Positions 45,441-55,158 are shown, counted from the stretch's first letter. The stretch: DNA of 64,000 nucleotides from a virus (IMGVR_UViG_3300011480_000001:1-64000), one strand, 5' to 3'. The notes: generated by a model not told the origin, from the sequence alone. A program made the numbers and translations.

Positions 45441-45740
45441 ATGTCTAAAGAAATTAAGACCACCCTAGTTAAAGAATCTGAAATTGAAATTTATGATGAC
45501 GAATCAGGTCAATTTGTTTATAATCAACCTTCAAAGTTTATGATTCAACTTGCAACTGGTGATTTACTTTTTATTCATACTCGTGATAGACTTACTGCAC
45601 AGCGGTTCGCAGATGATACGTTCGGTAAGGGATTTTATTCAGTCAAGCAAGTAAAACAAGGGACTGGTTCCGGTGAGTATACAGCCGGAGGCACCACCAG
45701 TCGACGGGGTACGGCAAGCCATTTGAAGAAAACTTATTAA
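45441..45740 (+). CDS. hypothetical protein
   Basis: AAGGAG RBS before MSKEI. Confidence 0.72.
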   Translation: MSKEIKTTLVKESEIEIYDDESGQFVYNQPSKFMIQLATGDLLFIHTRDRLTAQRFADDTFGKGFYSVKQVKQGTGSGEYTAGGTTSRRGTASHLKKTY

Positions 45741-45751
45741 GGAGAGATTTA

Positions 45752-46012
45752 ATGCGTAACAAAGACCTAATCAAAAAGCTAAGCATGTTTGATCCAGAAG
45801 GGGTTTGCACCTTACGTTACTGGAATCCGCTATCTGGTGGTAATGAGACTGTTTCAATAAAAGACGTTTCGATTGATGAGGGTGTTGATATTGAAGATTA
45901 TCAATTTTGGGATTGTTTAAGCGACTATCGAGATATTAGGCAAATGGAAGATTCTCTAGGAGCTTCTGAAAGCGATCCTTTAGCTTTTGTTAGCCTCATC
46001 GTATTGAGCTAG
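45752..46012 (+). CDS. hypothetical protein
   Basis: AAGGAGAG RBS. Confidence 0.7.
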   Translation: MRNKDLIKKLSMFDPEGVCTLRYWNPLSGGNETVSIKDVSIDEGVDIEDYQFWDCLSDYRDIRQMEDSLGASESDPLAFVSLIVLS

Positions 46013-46021
46013 GGGCTTCTA

Positions 46022-46534
46022 ATGGCAGGTACAAAAGGTGTAAATCTAAAGCACGGTATGTCGCATAGCAGACCTTGGGTAATCTGGACCGACATGAAAC
46101 GTCGATGCAAAAATCCAGACAGAGCCGGTTTTGAGTTTTACGGTGATAAAGGTATTACATACCAAGCTTCTTGGGAAAAGTTTGAAGGATTTTGGGCAGA
46201 CATGCAGGATGGGTATGCGGATGACCTTACCCTAGAAAGGGTTGATCCTTCTGGTAACTACTGTAAAGAGAATTGTCGTTGGGCAACTAAGCAAGAACAA
46301 CCTAAGAATAAAAAGAAATATAAGAACAATAATACAGGTGTTGATGGGACTTATATCACGCTAAATAAGGGCATTGAAACACTGAAAGCTCACATTTCAG
46401 ATAATGGTAAGAGATATACTAAGAACTTCTCATTGAATAAATATTCCTTGGAAGAAGCGCTTGCTTTGGCTAGAGAATGGAGGATTGCTATGAAAGAAAA
46501 GTTTAACTATAGTGAATTCCATGGTATAGATTAA
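46022..46534 (+). CDS. HNH homing endonuclease with AP2-like C-terminus
   Basis: W..MK.RC.NP, YG.KGI, TLERVD.SGNY.KENCRWAT..EQ. Confidence 0.82.
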   Translation: MAGTKGVNLKHGMSHSRPWVIWTDMKRRCKNPDRAGFEFYGDKGITYQASWEKFEGFWADMQDGYADDLTLERVDPSGNYCKENCRWATKQEQPKNKKKYKNNNTGVDGTYITLNKGIETLKAHISDNGKRYTKNFSLNKYSLEEALALAREWRIAMKEKFNYSEFHGID

Positions 46535-46941
46535 TGAAAGAAAAACACAAGAAAATGTATATGGAGATAGCGGAAGCTTTAGCTCGTGCGTCGTGCGGTG
46601 TTAGGTTAAAAGTTGGAAGTGTGATAGTGAAGAAAAATAATATCATTAGCACGGGTTATAACGCACTTCCTGAACACTTAGATGGACCCTTGGAAGATGA
46701 GCAGAATGTAACAAAGCCAGAAGTGAGGCACAGTGAGAAAAATGCTTTAATGGGGCTTATTCGATCCAACGAGTCTGCTGTTGGTGCAACACTCTTCTGT
46801 ACGCATGCCTGTTGTAAATTCTGTGCGATTGACATTGTCGATGCTGGTATTACCAAATTCGTTTACAAGCACACGTATAGGTCAGACGAAGGATTGAAGC
46901 ATTTAATCGCTGCTGGTCTAGAAATAGAGAAAATCAATTAA
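46534..46941 (+). CDS. dCMP deaminase
   Basis: KVGSVI, STGYN, HSE.NA, ACCKFC (HxE/PCxxC-type zinc motif). Confidence 0.88.
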   Translation: MKEKHKKMYMEIAEALARASCGVRLKVGSVIVKKNNIISTGYNALPEHLDGPLEDEQNVTKPEVRHSEKNALMGLIRSNESAVGATLFCTHACCKFCAIDIVDAGITKFVYKHTYRSDEGLKHLIAAGLEIEKIN

Positions 46942-46948
46942 CAAATTC

Positions 46949-46977
46949 TTGCATAGCCTTTATTCTTGGTGTACTAT
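46949..46977 (+). promoter_or_regulatory. sigma70 promoter embedded in a terminator-like hairpin
   Basis: TTGCAT-17-TACTAT inside ATAGCCTTTATTC...GAGTAAGGGCTAT-TTTT. Confidence 0.55.
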
Positions 46978-47018
46978 TAACACTGTGAGTAAGGGCTATT
47001 TTTATTGGAGGAAAGAAA

Positions 47019-47210
47019 TTGGAATGGGAAGCAAACTGGATTAGGATCAATTTAGCGAGATATGATTCTCCTATGCACGCTGAAGCTGTTATTAGGAACA
47101 TAGAGAAAAGGTATTTAATTAATTCTCTACAAAAGAAGATTAATAAACTAGAGGAGGAACTAGAAAGTGAGGAAGAAATTTACAATCTATCAAAACGGTG
47201 TAAAATATAA
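47019..47210 (+). CDS. hypothetical protein
   Basis: GGAGG RBS, TTG start. Confidence 0.6.
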   Translation: MEWEANWIRINLARYDSPMHAEAVIRNIEKRYLINSLQKKINKLEEELESEEEIYNLSKRCKI

Positions 47211-47517
47211 GCCTTCAAAGGACTGCTTTGTTGTGATGACTAGTGATGGTATTTTCCTGCATGTAATGAAAGATTATTATGATTATGTGAGAAAGCTATC
47301 AGATGTAATTGGTAATTATGATGTAGTATGGAAAGGAGAATAAGGTGGCGAGTCGTAAGGCTATTTTAAAAGACCTAGAGTCAATACTATTGAACGTAGA
47401 TAGAGCTTGTCGTAAAGCTGAAAGAGTGGCGAGCAAGCTAGATATTCCCAGTCTAGGAGAATTGATTCTTATCAAGACTCAACTAGAGGACGTTATCAAG
47501 AAAGCTAAGGAGAAAGA

Positions 47518-47721
47518 ATGAACCAAACAACCAAAGACTTTCTAAACAAATTATCATGTCTGATGGCTGAATATGAAGCAGATTTTGAGATTGGTAGCAC
47601 AGGGATTGAAATTGGTGTAGTGAATCCCGAAGAGGGGTATTCTGAATATGTCCGAACTCTCGGGAAATACATTACGTGCAACGATATTCGAGACATGCTT
47701 ACAGAGGACGAACCAAAATGA
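47518..47721 (+). CDS. hypothetical protein
   Basis: AAGGAG RBS. Confidence 0.7.
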   Translation: MNQTTKDFLNKLSCLMAEYEADFEIGSTGIEIGVVNPEEGYSEYVRTLGKYITCNDIRDMLTEDEPK

Positions 47722-47954
47722 ACACACAACAACGTTACGAAGCTCTTATACGCATTCAAAAGCAAATGATTGAGTGGGCGAGTTATCAGCCAGAACATCA
47801 CCACAAGCTTTATGGTGGGAAAGAGATTAATGAATGTGTTCAGCTTTGTAAGAAGCTTATTTCTGATTTACAATATGAATTAGAGCTTGAAGAATCAGCC
47901 AAGCTTGAGCTATACTTTGCTGGTGACTCAATCGCTTTACACAACATGGAGTAG
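47718..47954 (+). CDS. hypothetical protein
   Basis: ATGA coupling at MNTQQ. Confidence 0.65.
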   Translation: MNTQQRYEALIRIQKQMIEWASYQPEHHHKLYGGKEINECVQLCKKLISDLQYELELEESAKLELYFAGDSIALHNME

Positions 47955-47957
47955 ATT

Positions 47958-48479
47958 GTGATTAACCTAGACGGAATCCGTGACAAGATTGATATTACTA
48001 AACTTGAAAAAGAATTTAGCAAAATTAAGAGGCATGAGTTCATGAAAGAGCAAGTAGAAATTAAAGATACTAAGATTCTGCAAACCCAAAGTGTTGATGC
48101 TTTTCTTGTAGAGTTGGGATATAAACGTACCAAGGACGGTAAACGGTATGAATTTGCTTACCCTGTAAAGACTGGTGAACGTTTTATCAGTATGCGTACA
48201 GCAATCGAGCTTCATAACACCGAGTGGATGTACGGGGAAGAATCAAAGTTGTACTACCCTATCTACTATTTCAAGGGTTTTAACTCAGATTTTTTGGTTG
48301 TAAAGCCAAACGTAGATTCTGTGTTCAAGCTTTCTCCATACGAATACGAGAAAAGCCAATCTCGTAAAATTGTATCTCGTGTATCTTTGCAGCAAACAAA
48401 GAATGGTGTTTTGAAGGTGCAGAAAAATCTTGTCGAATTTATGGCACCGTTTTATTTCGAGCAATTTTTGGAGGATTGA
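47958..48479 (+). CDS. hypothetical protein
   Basis: GGAG RBS, GTG start. Confidence 0.75.
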   Translation: MINLDGIRDKIDITKLEKEFSKIKRHEFMKEQVEIKDTKILQTQSVDAFLVELGYKRTKDGKRYEFAYPVKTGERFISMRTAIELHNTEWMYGEESKLYYPIYYFKGFNSDFLVVKPNVDSVFKLSPYEYEKSQSRKIVSRVSLQQTKNGVLKVQKNLVEFMAPFYFEQFLED

Positions 48480-48645
48480 TCATGATGCCATCTACTGAAC
48501 GTGAATACAGAGAAAAGATTAAACAAGCAGAACACAAAGCTACAGAGAACTATTTTCTTGGACTTCGTAAGGCATTAGGTGTTGTTAATCGTGCTGACTA
48601 TCTTACAGAAGAACAGAAGCAGAAGCTTGCAGAGGATTTCTTGAA

Positions 48646-48915
48646 ATGATTGAAGAGCTTGAACAAAATATTTTACAATTAGAGGGAGTGGACTTCGTTC
48701 ACATAACAGAAAACAGGAGTTGTGTTTACGATAAAAAGAAAGGACTACCACCTCTAAGCTTTAAGCTGTATGTTAGGGGCGGTAAGAAGAAAGAAATTGC
48801 CGAAATCCTGTGGTTATATAAACCACTTGGTACCTTGTCTATAGGGAATACATCTGTTAAGGTAAAAGACTGATACGGTTACAAATGGGAAGTGAACTTC
48901 GAGAGGCTTTTGTAA
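48646..48915 (+). pseudogene. stand-alone baseplate-J domain homolog with in-frame TGA at 48871-48873
   Basis: 29/74 identities by hand to the phage's own baseplate J (13281-13538); similarity continues past the TGA to TAA at 48913-48915. Confidence 0.75.
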
Positions 48916-49121
48916 TGATTGAGTTAAAACTTGTACCAGAATATGACAACCCTACAGACGAAGAGCGTAAGGAGATTTTTGAATACTACCGTAGAATCAT
49001 TGTCAATGCGCAAGAGAATGCACGGGGTGCTATCCTAGATATGTGCGGGAATAAGGTTTGGGTAGAGACTATTGAAGAGTATGAAGCACGAATGGAGAAA
49101 ATGAAGAATGACAACCGATAA
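48915..49121 (+). CDS. hypothetical protein
   Basis: GAGAGG RBS, TAATG overlap at MIELK. Confidence 0.68.
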   Translation: MIELKLVPEYDNPTDEERKEIFEYYRRIIVNAQENARGAILDMCGNKVWVETIEEYEARMEKMKNDNR

Positions 49122-49323
49122 TTTAAAACAAATCCGCCTGACAAACATTAACAATAAACCTGAACTTTACATTGATGGTCTAATTATCCTTGACAAGATA
49201 AATTCAGTATATTTCCAAGACGCTATTTATCGAGCGCGTAATAATGAAATCGTGACAAGTAGCGGAAGGCAGAGTATCATCAGTCTTGTGCAACGTGGAC
49301 TACCTGTTTACTATTTGAGTTGA
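49108..49323 (+). CDS. hypothetical protein
   Basis: Overlapping ORF in operon. Confidence 0.62.
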   Translation: MTTDNLKQIRLTNINNKPELYIDGLIILDKINSVYFQDAIYRARNNEIVTSSGRQSIISLVQRGLPVYYLS

Positions 49324-49491
49324 GGGAAGTATGGAAATTACACACATCCCTAGAGGATTTATGTGTTGTGTTTGCGAGAAAGCTTTGGAGAATTGTAGTA
49401 AGCTTCCTTTCAGTACAATGCAAGTGATTCACGTTTTCAAAGACGATAAAGTTAAAGAAGTGAAATGTTCTGAATTTAAGGAGAAGAGCGA

Positions 49492-49893
49492 ATGATTAAA
49501 GGAACAAGAAATCAGCTGGGGAATCTATCAAACCAATTTCAGACAAAGGCTAAACGTGTGCTGGCCGTGTGTTCAGCAGGTCTCTTACGTTCTCCCACAA
49601 CGGCGAATATCCTTCACAAAGAATTTGGCTTCAACACAAGGGCTTGTGGTAATTGTAAGGAATTTGCACTAATCCCTATCACTGAAGCTCTTATTCTTTG
49701 GGCAGATGAAATTGTTTTTGTAAACCACGACAATTGGTTTGACTTGGATGAGGAAGAACAAAACCTAATTCGTGATTTAGAAATTACAGTTCGTATTTTA
49801 GATATCCCAGATGAACATTGCTGGGGTGAACCAGAACTTGAACAGGAGATTATTAAACAATGGAAATCAAGCAAAGCAGCAACAAATCTATGA
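49492..49893 (+). CDS. low-molecular-weight protein-tyrosine-phosphatase-like protein
   Basis: P-loop VCSAGLLRS (CX5R), WADEI, LDIPD. Confidence 0.8.
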   Translation: MIKGTRNQLGNLSNQFQTKAKRVLAVCSAGLLRSPTTANILHKEFGFNTRACGNCKEFALIPITEALILWADEIVFVNHDNWFDLDEEEQNLIRDLEITVRILDIPDEHCWGEPELEQEIIKQWKSSKAATNL

Positions 49894-50252
49894 CTCGTGA
49901 AGAGCTAAAAGAGATGTTGAATCGACAGAAAGAAGAAGCACTGTACAAACATCAAGACGAAGTAGCATCTAGGAGCAGATAATGTGAAAACCCTCATAGC
50001 TTTCTCTTTCATAATTGCTTTAACAGCTTGTACACATAATGCACACCAGTAACCACGTCTAAACGGATCAGGCACACAGTACCAAATCTGGCAAACACAA
50101 ATACTAGAAGAATGTGCTAGGAAAGCAGCTACGATTACTGTAGAATTAATGGAAGAGAAGGCTAGAGAAGGAATTCTTTTGAATCTTGAGCAGGGGCACA
50201 CGATTAACAGATATATCTTAGAGCTTTGTTATAGGAAGAATGGGATAGTGAT

Positions 50253-50540
50253 ATGAAAAGAGAATCAGAAACTACAAAATACACTCTCGATGGACAAATC
50301 TACAAGCATTACGGTTTATTTGCATGGCAAGAGTGTTTATTCTGTAAGAAAGAGTTTCGTAGAGAGAATGGTTATCGATTTGTTGCATTCCAAGGTCAAT
50401 GGTCTTACAGTTGTGGATCGTGTAGTTGTTCAAAATCCCACTGCAATGATAACCTAGGTGTTATGTGGGAGAATATCCGTAATAACAGACCAAAAGCGCC
50501 TCCCGCACCTCCACCAATGAGGAGTTATAAGAATGACTGA
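50253..50540 (+). CDS. Zn-finger protein with Pro-rich tail
   Basis: CLFC...CGSC; RPKAPPAPPP. Confidence 0.65.
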   Translation: MKRESETTKYTLDGQIYKHYGLFAWQECLFCKKEFRRENGYRFVAFQGQWSYSCGSCSCSKSHCNDNLGVMWENIRNNRPKAPPAPPPMRSYKND

Positions 50541-50751
50541 ATTTAAAAGCATTAATTTTTGGCTAGGACTTCTTATCCTAACAGTTCTTGGATTCTTATT
50601 ATTTACATTAGTGTCAGGGATTGTTTATCTAATTGCGTTAGTGTTCTTGCTAAACAGTTGGTGGTATATTGTTTTTGGCACATTGCTAGGTATGGCTGCT
50701 GTGTTTTTAATTTTGCTTGATTTGCATGATAAGAAGGAGAAGAAAGGATGA
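50533..50751 (+). CDS. small membrane protein
   Basis: Two hydrophobic helices; GAGGAG RBS. Confidence 0.65.
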   Translation: MTEFKSINFWLGLLILTVLGFLLFTLVSGIVYLIALVFLLNSWWYIVFGTLLGMAAVFLILLDLHDKKEKKG

Positions 50752-50896
50752 TAATTGTTCTGTCAATGAATGTTTTACTTATTTTGTGGGTAGCGTTCTT
50801 GGCAATTTCAGGGGCGCCATTTGCATTACTAATCGCACACATTATTGGAGGGGTATTAGGTAATGTGTTTGGATATCTTATTTTCGAGGCTTAAGT

Positions 50897-51277
50897 ATGT
50901 TAGCTGACATTACACCAGAGCAACGTCAGTTGTACTTAGAACAAGGTCGTATTGCACGACAAGAGAAAATTAAATGGGCCACTGAAAACCTGGATATGGA
51001 TTGGGGAGAGGATGAGAAGGAGTGGAAACGCCTTGCTTCCTTATACGAAGTCAAACTTCCTCAGAAGCATATTCCAAACTATCAATTGAAATATGTAAAA
51101 CGTATGATGAAAGCTGTTGGTGCTGATGTACAAGAATATGCTGAATCTTGTGGTTGCAAAAATCTATTACAGCTTGCTAAACTGAATCCTAGAGAGAATG
51201 CACGAGCTTTCTGTGGGCTGTTCCTTGAGTATTGGCATGAATTACAGACAGATCCTGTTGAATATGAGGAGGATTGA
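50897..51277 (+). CDS. hypothetical protein
   Basis: GAGG RBS. Confidence 0.72.
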   Translation: MLADITPEQRQLYLEQGRIARQEKIKWATENLDMDWGEDEKEWKRLASLYEVKLPQKHIPNYQLKYVKRMMKAVGADVQEYAESCGCKNLLQLAKLNPRENARAFCGLFLEYWHELQTDPVEYEED

Positions 51278-51675
51278 GAATGTTCGATACCTATGTTAAC
51301 CGTACAGAGCAAGTAACTCGTGAAGTAATTGTCAAAGAGTACCGAGCACCTACGGATGAAAGCGTAAAACTGCTCAACGAAATGCAGAAGAAGGCTTTAG
51401 ATAACATCGTAAGTCAATTCAGTACAAGCAATAACCATTTACAAATGAAGTGCGCTGTAGTAGAGAATAACTATGAACAAGCAAGGCTGTTCATTTCTAA
51501 ATTTACACTAAATGGAAAATCTCACAGGTTTGATATTAAAATAAACTCCTTGGATGTACAGACAGAGGAGGATCTTATTACATCTGTTTACGAGAGGGTT
51601 TGTGCAGAGCTTGCAAAAGAATTCATGCAGCCATTGTTTAATGAGATGAAAAGCTTGTATATTCATAGGAAATAA
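51274..51675 (+). CDS. hypothetical protein
   Basis: GAGGAGG RBS; RAPTDESVKLLNEM motif. Confidence 0.72.
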   Translation: MRMFDTYVNRTEQVTREVIVKEYRAPTDESVKLLNEMQKKALDNIVSQFSTSNNHLQMKCAVVENNYEQARLFISKFTLNGKSHRFDIKINSLDVQTEEDLITSVYERVCAELAKEFMQPLFNEMKSLYIHRK

Positions 51676-51771
51676 CGCTAAAAGAATCGACTTCTCTTAG
51701 AATGTAGGCTACCCTATGTCTTAGGAGTTAAGTCGATTCTTTATAGTCTAAAACGTGAGGAAAAGATACAT

Positions 51772-51954
51772 ATGAGTTACGATCCGTGGACTAGTGATGA
51801 GTTTATTGAAGAATGGGGCACAGAAGAACAAAAGAAACAGCTTGCTGACCGAAGGGAACGGATGCAACAGTTCCTAAAAGATATCCAAGTGCTGACTGTT
51901 GAAGATGCAATAAAGAGGAGTTTTAATTTTGATTATTTTCAAAACAAGCAATGA
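51772..51954 (+). CDS. hypothetical protein
   Basis: GAGGA RBS. Confidence 0.62.
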   Translation: MSYDPWTSDEFIEEWGTEEQKKQLADRRERMQQFLKDIQVLTVEDAIKRSFNFDYFQNKQ

Positions 51955-52163
51955 TCCTGTAAAGTCTTGTCAACTATACAGGGAATTGGGGTGTAGTCAT
52001 GTGGACGGAATGTTGTGTGATTTCCCTAAGTGCAGCATGTTGAAAGATTACAAAGAAGTTAAGGAGAAGAAATAATGTTCTTTTTAGGACTAACAGTTGG
52101 GATTATTGTAGCGATAGTTATAGGGATAGCTTTAGTTTATGATACGTTTATGAATAATAAACT

Positions 52164-52364
52164 ATGACAAACATTCTTAAATTCCAAACAAAGGAACAGA
52201 AAGAAAAATCTGAACGCCTGTCCTTGACAATGCATTTGCAAACAGATATTCTTGATGATGGAAGTGTTTGGTATAAGATAGGGAGCTTGAATACAAGCAG
52301 TACACAAGCTTCTTGGGATAAAGAAATTAGTTGGGATGAATGGAGGAAAATGGATGAAATATAG
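52164..52364 (+). CDS. hypothetical protein
   Basis: In operon; weak RBS. Confidence 0.55.
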   Translation: MTNILKFQTKEQKEKSERLSLTMHLQTDILDDGSVWYKIGSLNTSSTQASWDKEISWDEWRKMDEI

Positions 52365-52560
52365 ACAACGAGATTGTGACTGGTGCACAAAGGAGTGGGA
52401 AGGATACGAAACAAAGCCCGGATACTATCAGTACATTGAAGGTGGGGCTTTTGAAATCTGTGGAGCTTGCAACGGAACAGCTTTGATTGACGATGTTTGT
52501 TATTGCCATGCGCATTATAGCGGAGAGTGTTGCTGTGACTACAGAGGCTGGGATGAATAA
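52354..52560 (+). CDS. Cys-rich Zn-binding protein
   Basis: CDWC, CGACNGT, CYC, CCC; GGAGG RBS. Confidence 0.65.
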   Translation: MKYRQRDCDWCTKEWEGYETKPGYYQYIEGGAFEICGACNGTALIDDVCYCHAHYSGECCCDYRGWDE

Positions 52561-52793
52561 TGCCTAAACACGAACGATCAGAATACATGAAAGGCGTCTT
52601 GTTCGCTGAAGAGCAGAAAGAGATTGGTTGGGTGTTTAAAGGTGGTAATTATGAAGAACAAAGCTTAACGTGGGAATATGTCCATAAGAATGGTATTGCT
52701 GGTGAGGAAAAGCCAAGACAGATAGTGTTCGCAGAGAATGAATTCTTTGATGGTGTAATTGATTATCAAAAGCATATGGAGAGGTTGAAATGA
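52560..52793 (+). CDS. hypothetical protein
   Basis: TAATG coupling. Confidence 0.68.
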   Translation: MPKHERSEYMKGVLFAEEQKEIGWVFKGGNYEEQSLTWEYVHKNGIAGEEKPRQIVFAENEFFDGVIDYQKHMERLK

Positions 52794-52984
52794 GTAAATT
52801 TGTACGAGAAGGGCGTTACATTGTGTTCAAAGTAAGCCACCTAGACAAAGAACAGCTTGAACTTCTTGAAAGGGTGCAAAGAGAACTTCCAACACTGCGT
52901 GATTGTGTTGTAGTAGAATCTGATTGGCCTGAATATGAAAAGGTTTGGGAGATGATTGAGGAGCGTGTAAATGAAAAAGTATAA
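52790..52984 (+). CDS. hypothetical protein, paralog of 62453-62812
   Basis: RYIV.K...DCVVVESDWPEYEKVW. Confidence 0.75.
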   Translation: MSKFVREGRYIVFKVSHLDKEQLELLERVQRELPTLRDCVVVESDWPEYEKVWEMIEERVNEKV

Positions 52985-53231
52985 ACTTGAAATCGAAGCT
53001 GTACACACAGAAGATCAACGTATCTACCGGAGTAAAGGCCATTGGTCAGACGAAGAATTTAAACAAGCGCTTATTGAGTATGGGATTGACATCGAAGACT
53101 ACACCAAACCTCAGCACAAACTATGTAAGACGGTGCCTATAAGTAAGCATTCTTTTAATAGTTGCCTTTATGTATTTGTAGAAGAAGCTGGTCGTGGTGT
53201 ATATCCTGCAACTTATGTATGGGAGAAGTAA
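52971..53231 (+). CDS. hypothetical protein
   Basis: GAGGAG RBS; SKGH...GRGVYPAT. Confidence 0.7.
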   Translation: MKKYKLEIEAVHTEDQRIYRSKGHWSDEEFKQALIEYGIDIEDYTKPQHKLCKTVPISKHSFNSCLYVFVEEAGRGVYPATYVWEK

Positions 53232-53423
53232 ATGTATCGTATTGTAGTTCGTAAGCTAGAAGATGGCGACGAACCATTGTTTGTGCAAAAGAAAGTTTTC
53301 CTTTGGTTTTGGAAAGATGTATCAGGAACCCCACATGATTATTTAGTTGATGCTGAAACTGAGATGTGGACTGCAAAAGGAAAAGAGCCTGTCTTTCAAA
53401 AGACCTTGAAGATTATAAAATAA
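53232..53423 (+). CDS. hypothetical protein
   Basis: Contiguous; VQKKVFLWFWK motif. Confidence 0.65.
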   Translation: MYRIVVRKLEDGDEPLFVQKKVFLWFWKDVSGTPHDYLVDAETEMWTAKGKEPVFQKTLKIIK

Positions 53424-53436
53424 AAGGAGCTAGACA

Positions 53437-53727
53437 ATGGATCGTCAAATTGAGTCATCAGTAACTAAAGAACGAGCTTGGGAAGCTTTGAATGCCAAAT
53501 TTGGAGAGCACTTTACCATTCCTCCTGCTTGTTATTTCGAATACTGGGCATACCCACAAGTATTTGGCAGTACAGCAGGTCCATTTAAGGGTAAGATTGC
53601 AGGACAAGCAATGACAACATTTACAATTGAAGCATGGGTTGTAGATGATTTGGCTGTATTGTTCTGTCAAGGGAAGATTGTTAAAGTGTGTAATGAATGG
53701 CAAGGTCCGCAGAGTGTGAGGATTTAG
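53437..53727 (+). CDS. hypothetical protein
   Basis: AAGGAG RBS; PQVFGSTAGPF..IAGQAMT. Confidence 0.72.
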   Translation: MDRQIESSVTKERAWEALNAKFGEHFTIPPACYFEYWAYPQVFGSTAGPFKGKIAGQAMTTFTIEAWVVDDLAVLFCQGKIVKVCNEWQGPQSVRI

Positions 53728-53728
53728 G

Positions 53729-53929
53729 ATGTGGTATTTACATTGCTCGTACTGTAATGAGAAAGCTTTTCAAACAGAAATAGATCCTAAGCCAAAACAT
53801 GGGAATGCTTTGATTGCACAAGATTGGAAATATATGAATGGAAGCCAAGTAGAGGTGGGTGATCCGTTCTTTTGTAAATATTGTAAATGTGATTTTCAGC
53901 CGATGGTTGAGGGAGTAAGTAAAGAATGA
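53729..53929 (+). CDS. Zn-ribbon protein
   Basis: CSYC...CKYC. Confidence 0.62.
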   Translation: MWYLHCSYCNEKAFQTEIDPKPKHGNALIAQDWKYMNGSQVEVGDPFFCKYCKCDFQPMVEGVSKE

Positions 53930-54123
53930 GTATTGTAAAACATTTTCAAGAAGAGGGGTCTGTTGTGTTGTCTGAGAAGCAATATAGCTTAAAGGATTGG
54001 CTAGAAGGTGAAAATCTTCCACTGTTTAAGGAAGCACATTCAGGCTGTGTATGTGATTGTGAGAAGAATTACGGTAAAGGCTGTTTGAATCCTAAAGCTT
54101 ATTTGAGTGGAGGTTGTAAATGA
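53926..54123 (+). CDS. hypothetical protein
   Basis: ATGA coupling. Confidence 0.6.
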   Translation: MSIVKHFQEEGSVVLSEKQYSLKDWLEGENLPLFKEAHSGCVCDCEKNYGKGCLNPKAYLSGGCK

Positions 54124-54326
54124 TTGGTACACTAATTTTTGTAATAGCTGTTCAGATATTTATAATCGTACACACGGTAATCAGAAACCTGAATTTAATT
54201 TTAGAAAAGGACGATCTTATCAAAGAAAGGAATGAAGCTATGGAACAACTGAACAAACTAAAACTTTTGAATAAACTAAAGGTAGATCACCAAGGTAGTC
54301 CGATTATCTATGAGCCTCTTAATTGA
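54120..54326 (+). CDS. small membrane-anchored protein
   Basis: N-terminal TM; GGAGG RBS. Confidence 0.62.
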   Translation: MIGTLIFVIAVQIFIIVHTVIRNLNLILEKDDLIKERNEAMEQLNKLKLLNKLKVDHQGSPIIYEPLN

Positions 54327-54350
54327 GGCTTTAATTGTTCAGGAGAAATT

Positions 54351-54623
54351 ATGTTTGTGCCTTACACAGATGCAGTGCTACAGCTTAGAGAAAATAAAGA
54401 TTATCTTACATACGGCGTAGCTAGAAGGGAGCAAGTAATAGGTTTCGTAGGACCATTGAAATATGAATTTGTACTGGATGACACAGGGAACATCAGATCA
54501 CATCCAGAGCACCCCTGTGCCAAATATCCAGAAGTGAAGAGACTAGCCTTACAATTCAAAACACTGTGGGGAGATAAACAATTAGAACAGGATGCAAAGA
54601 GAGTGAATGAACTTACAAACTAA
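54351..54623 (+). CDS. hypothetical protein
   Basis: AGGAG RBS. Confidence 0.68.
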   Translation: MFVPYTDAVLQLRENKDYLTYGVARREQVIGFVGPLKYEFVLDDTGNIRSHPEHPCAKYPEVKRLALQFKTLWGDKQLEQDAKRVNELTN

Positions 54624-55158
54624 GACAGATAAGTATGATGGAACATTTGTCTTCGATGAGAACACAGGGGAGATTATAGTACATGTACCAAACCCCAATC
54701 CAAAGAAGAAAGTGGTTCCTATTGAGAAATACATTGGAGTAGATACAAAATATCCAAGGGATTGTATTACGGCTGATAGCCTACTTGATGCTGTGTCTGT
54801 GATTGATGGTTATGTAGGTGGAAAGGTTGTAATCTCATCACATGTACTTCTAGAATGTGTTGTACAAGGACTCCTAACACCACAAGAAGTGAAGCTTCTG
54901 AAATACATAATCACTAACTGCGCAGCTTGGAATATTTACATAGGATCTACTAAAGACCTAACCCTTTCTGGAATACCTGAGAAGAATTTAACAAGGCTTA
55001 TAGCTGCTATGACACCAAATATCATAAGAGTCAGAGAAAGGAATAAACCACAAAGAGGTGATATTGTTATTGAGTTTAGTCCCTTCTATGGGTGGAAAGG
55101 AGATAATGAAATCAGAACATCAGCACTAAATAAGTGGTATGGAATGGAAGAATCTTGA
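54607..55158 (+). CDS. putative winged-HTH DNA-binding protein
   Basis: LTPQEVKLLKYI...TKDL...SGIPEKNLTRLI...SPFYGWKG; last gene before a long AT-rich gap. Confidence 0.5.
   Translation: MNLQTKTDKYDGTFVFDENTGEIIVHVPNPNPKKKVVPIEKYIGVDTKYPRDCITADSLLDAVSVIDGYVGGKVVISSHVLLECVVQGLLTPQEVKLLKYIITNCAAWNIYIGSTKDLTLSGIPEKNLTRLIAAMTPNIIRVRERNKPQRGDIVIEFSPFYGWKGDNEIRTSALNKWYGMEES

Noticed and set aside
48871-48873. Genome-wide TGA recoding or a suppressor tRNA
   Set aside because: TGA is a normal stop in many ATGA-coupled genes and no UCA-anticodon tRNA is present in this window.
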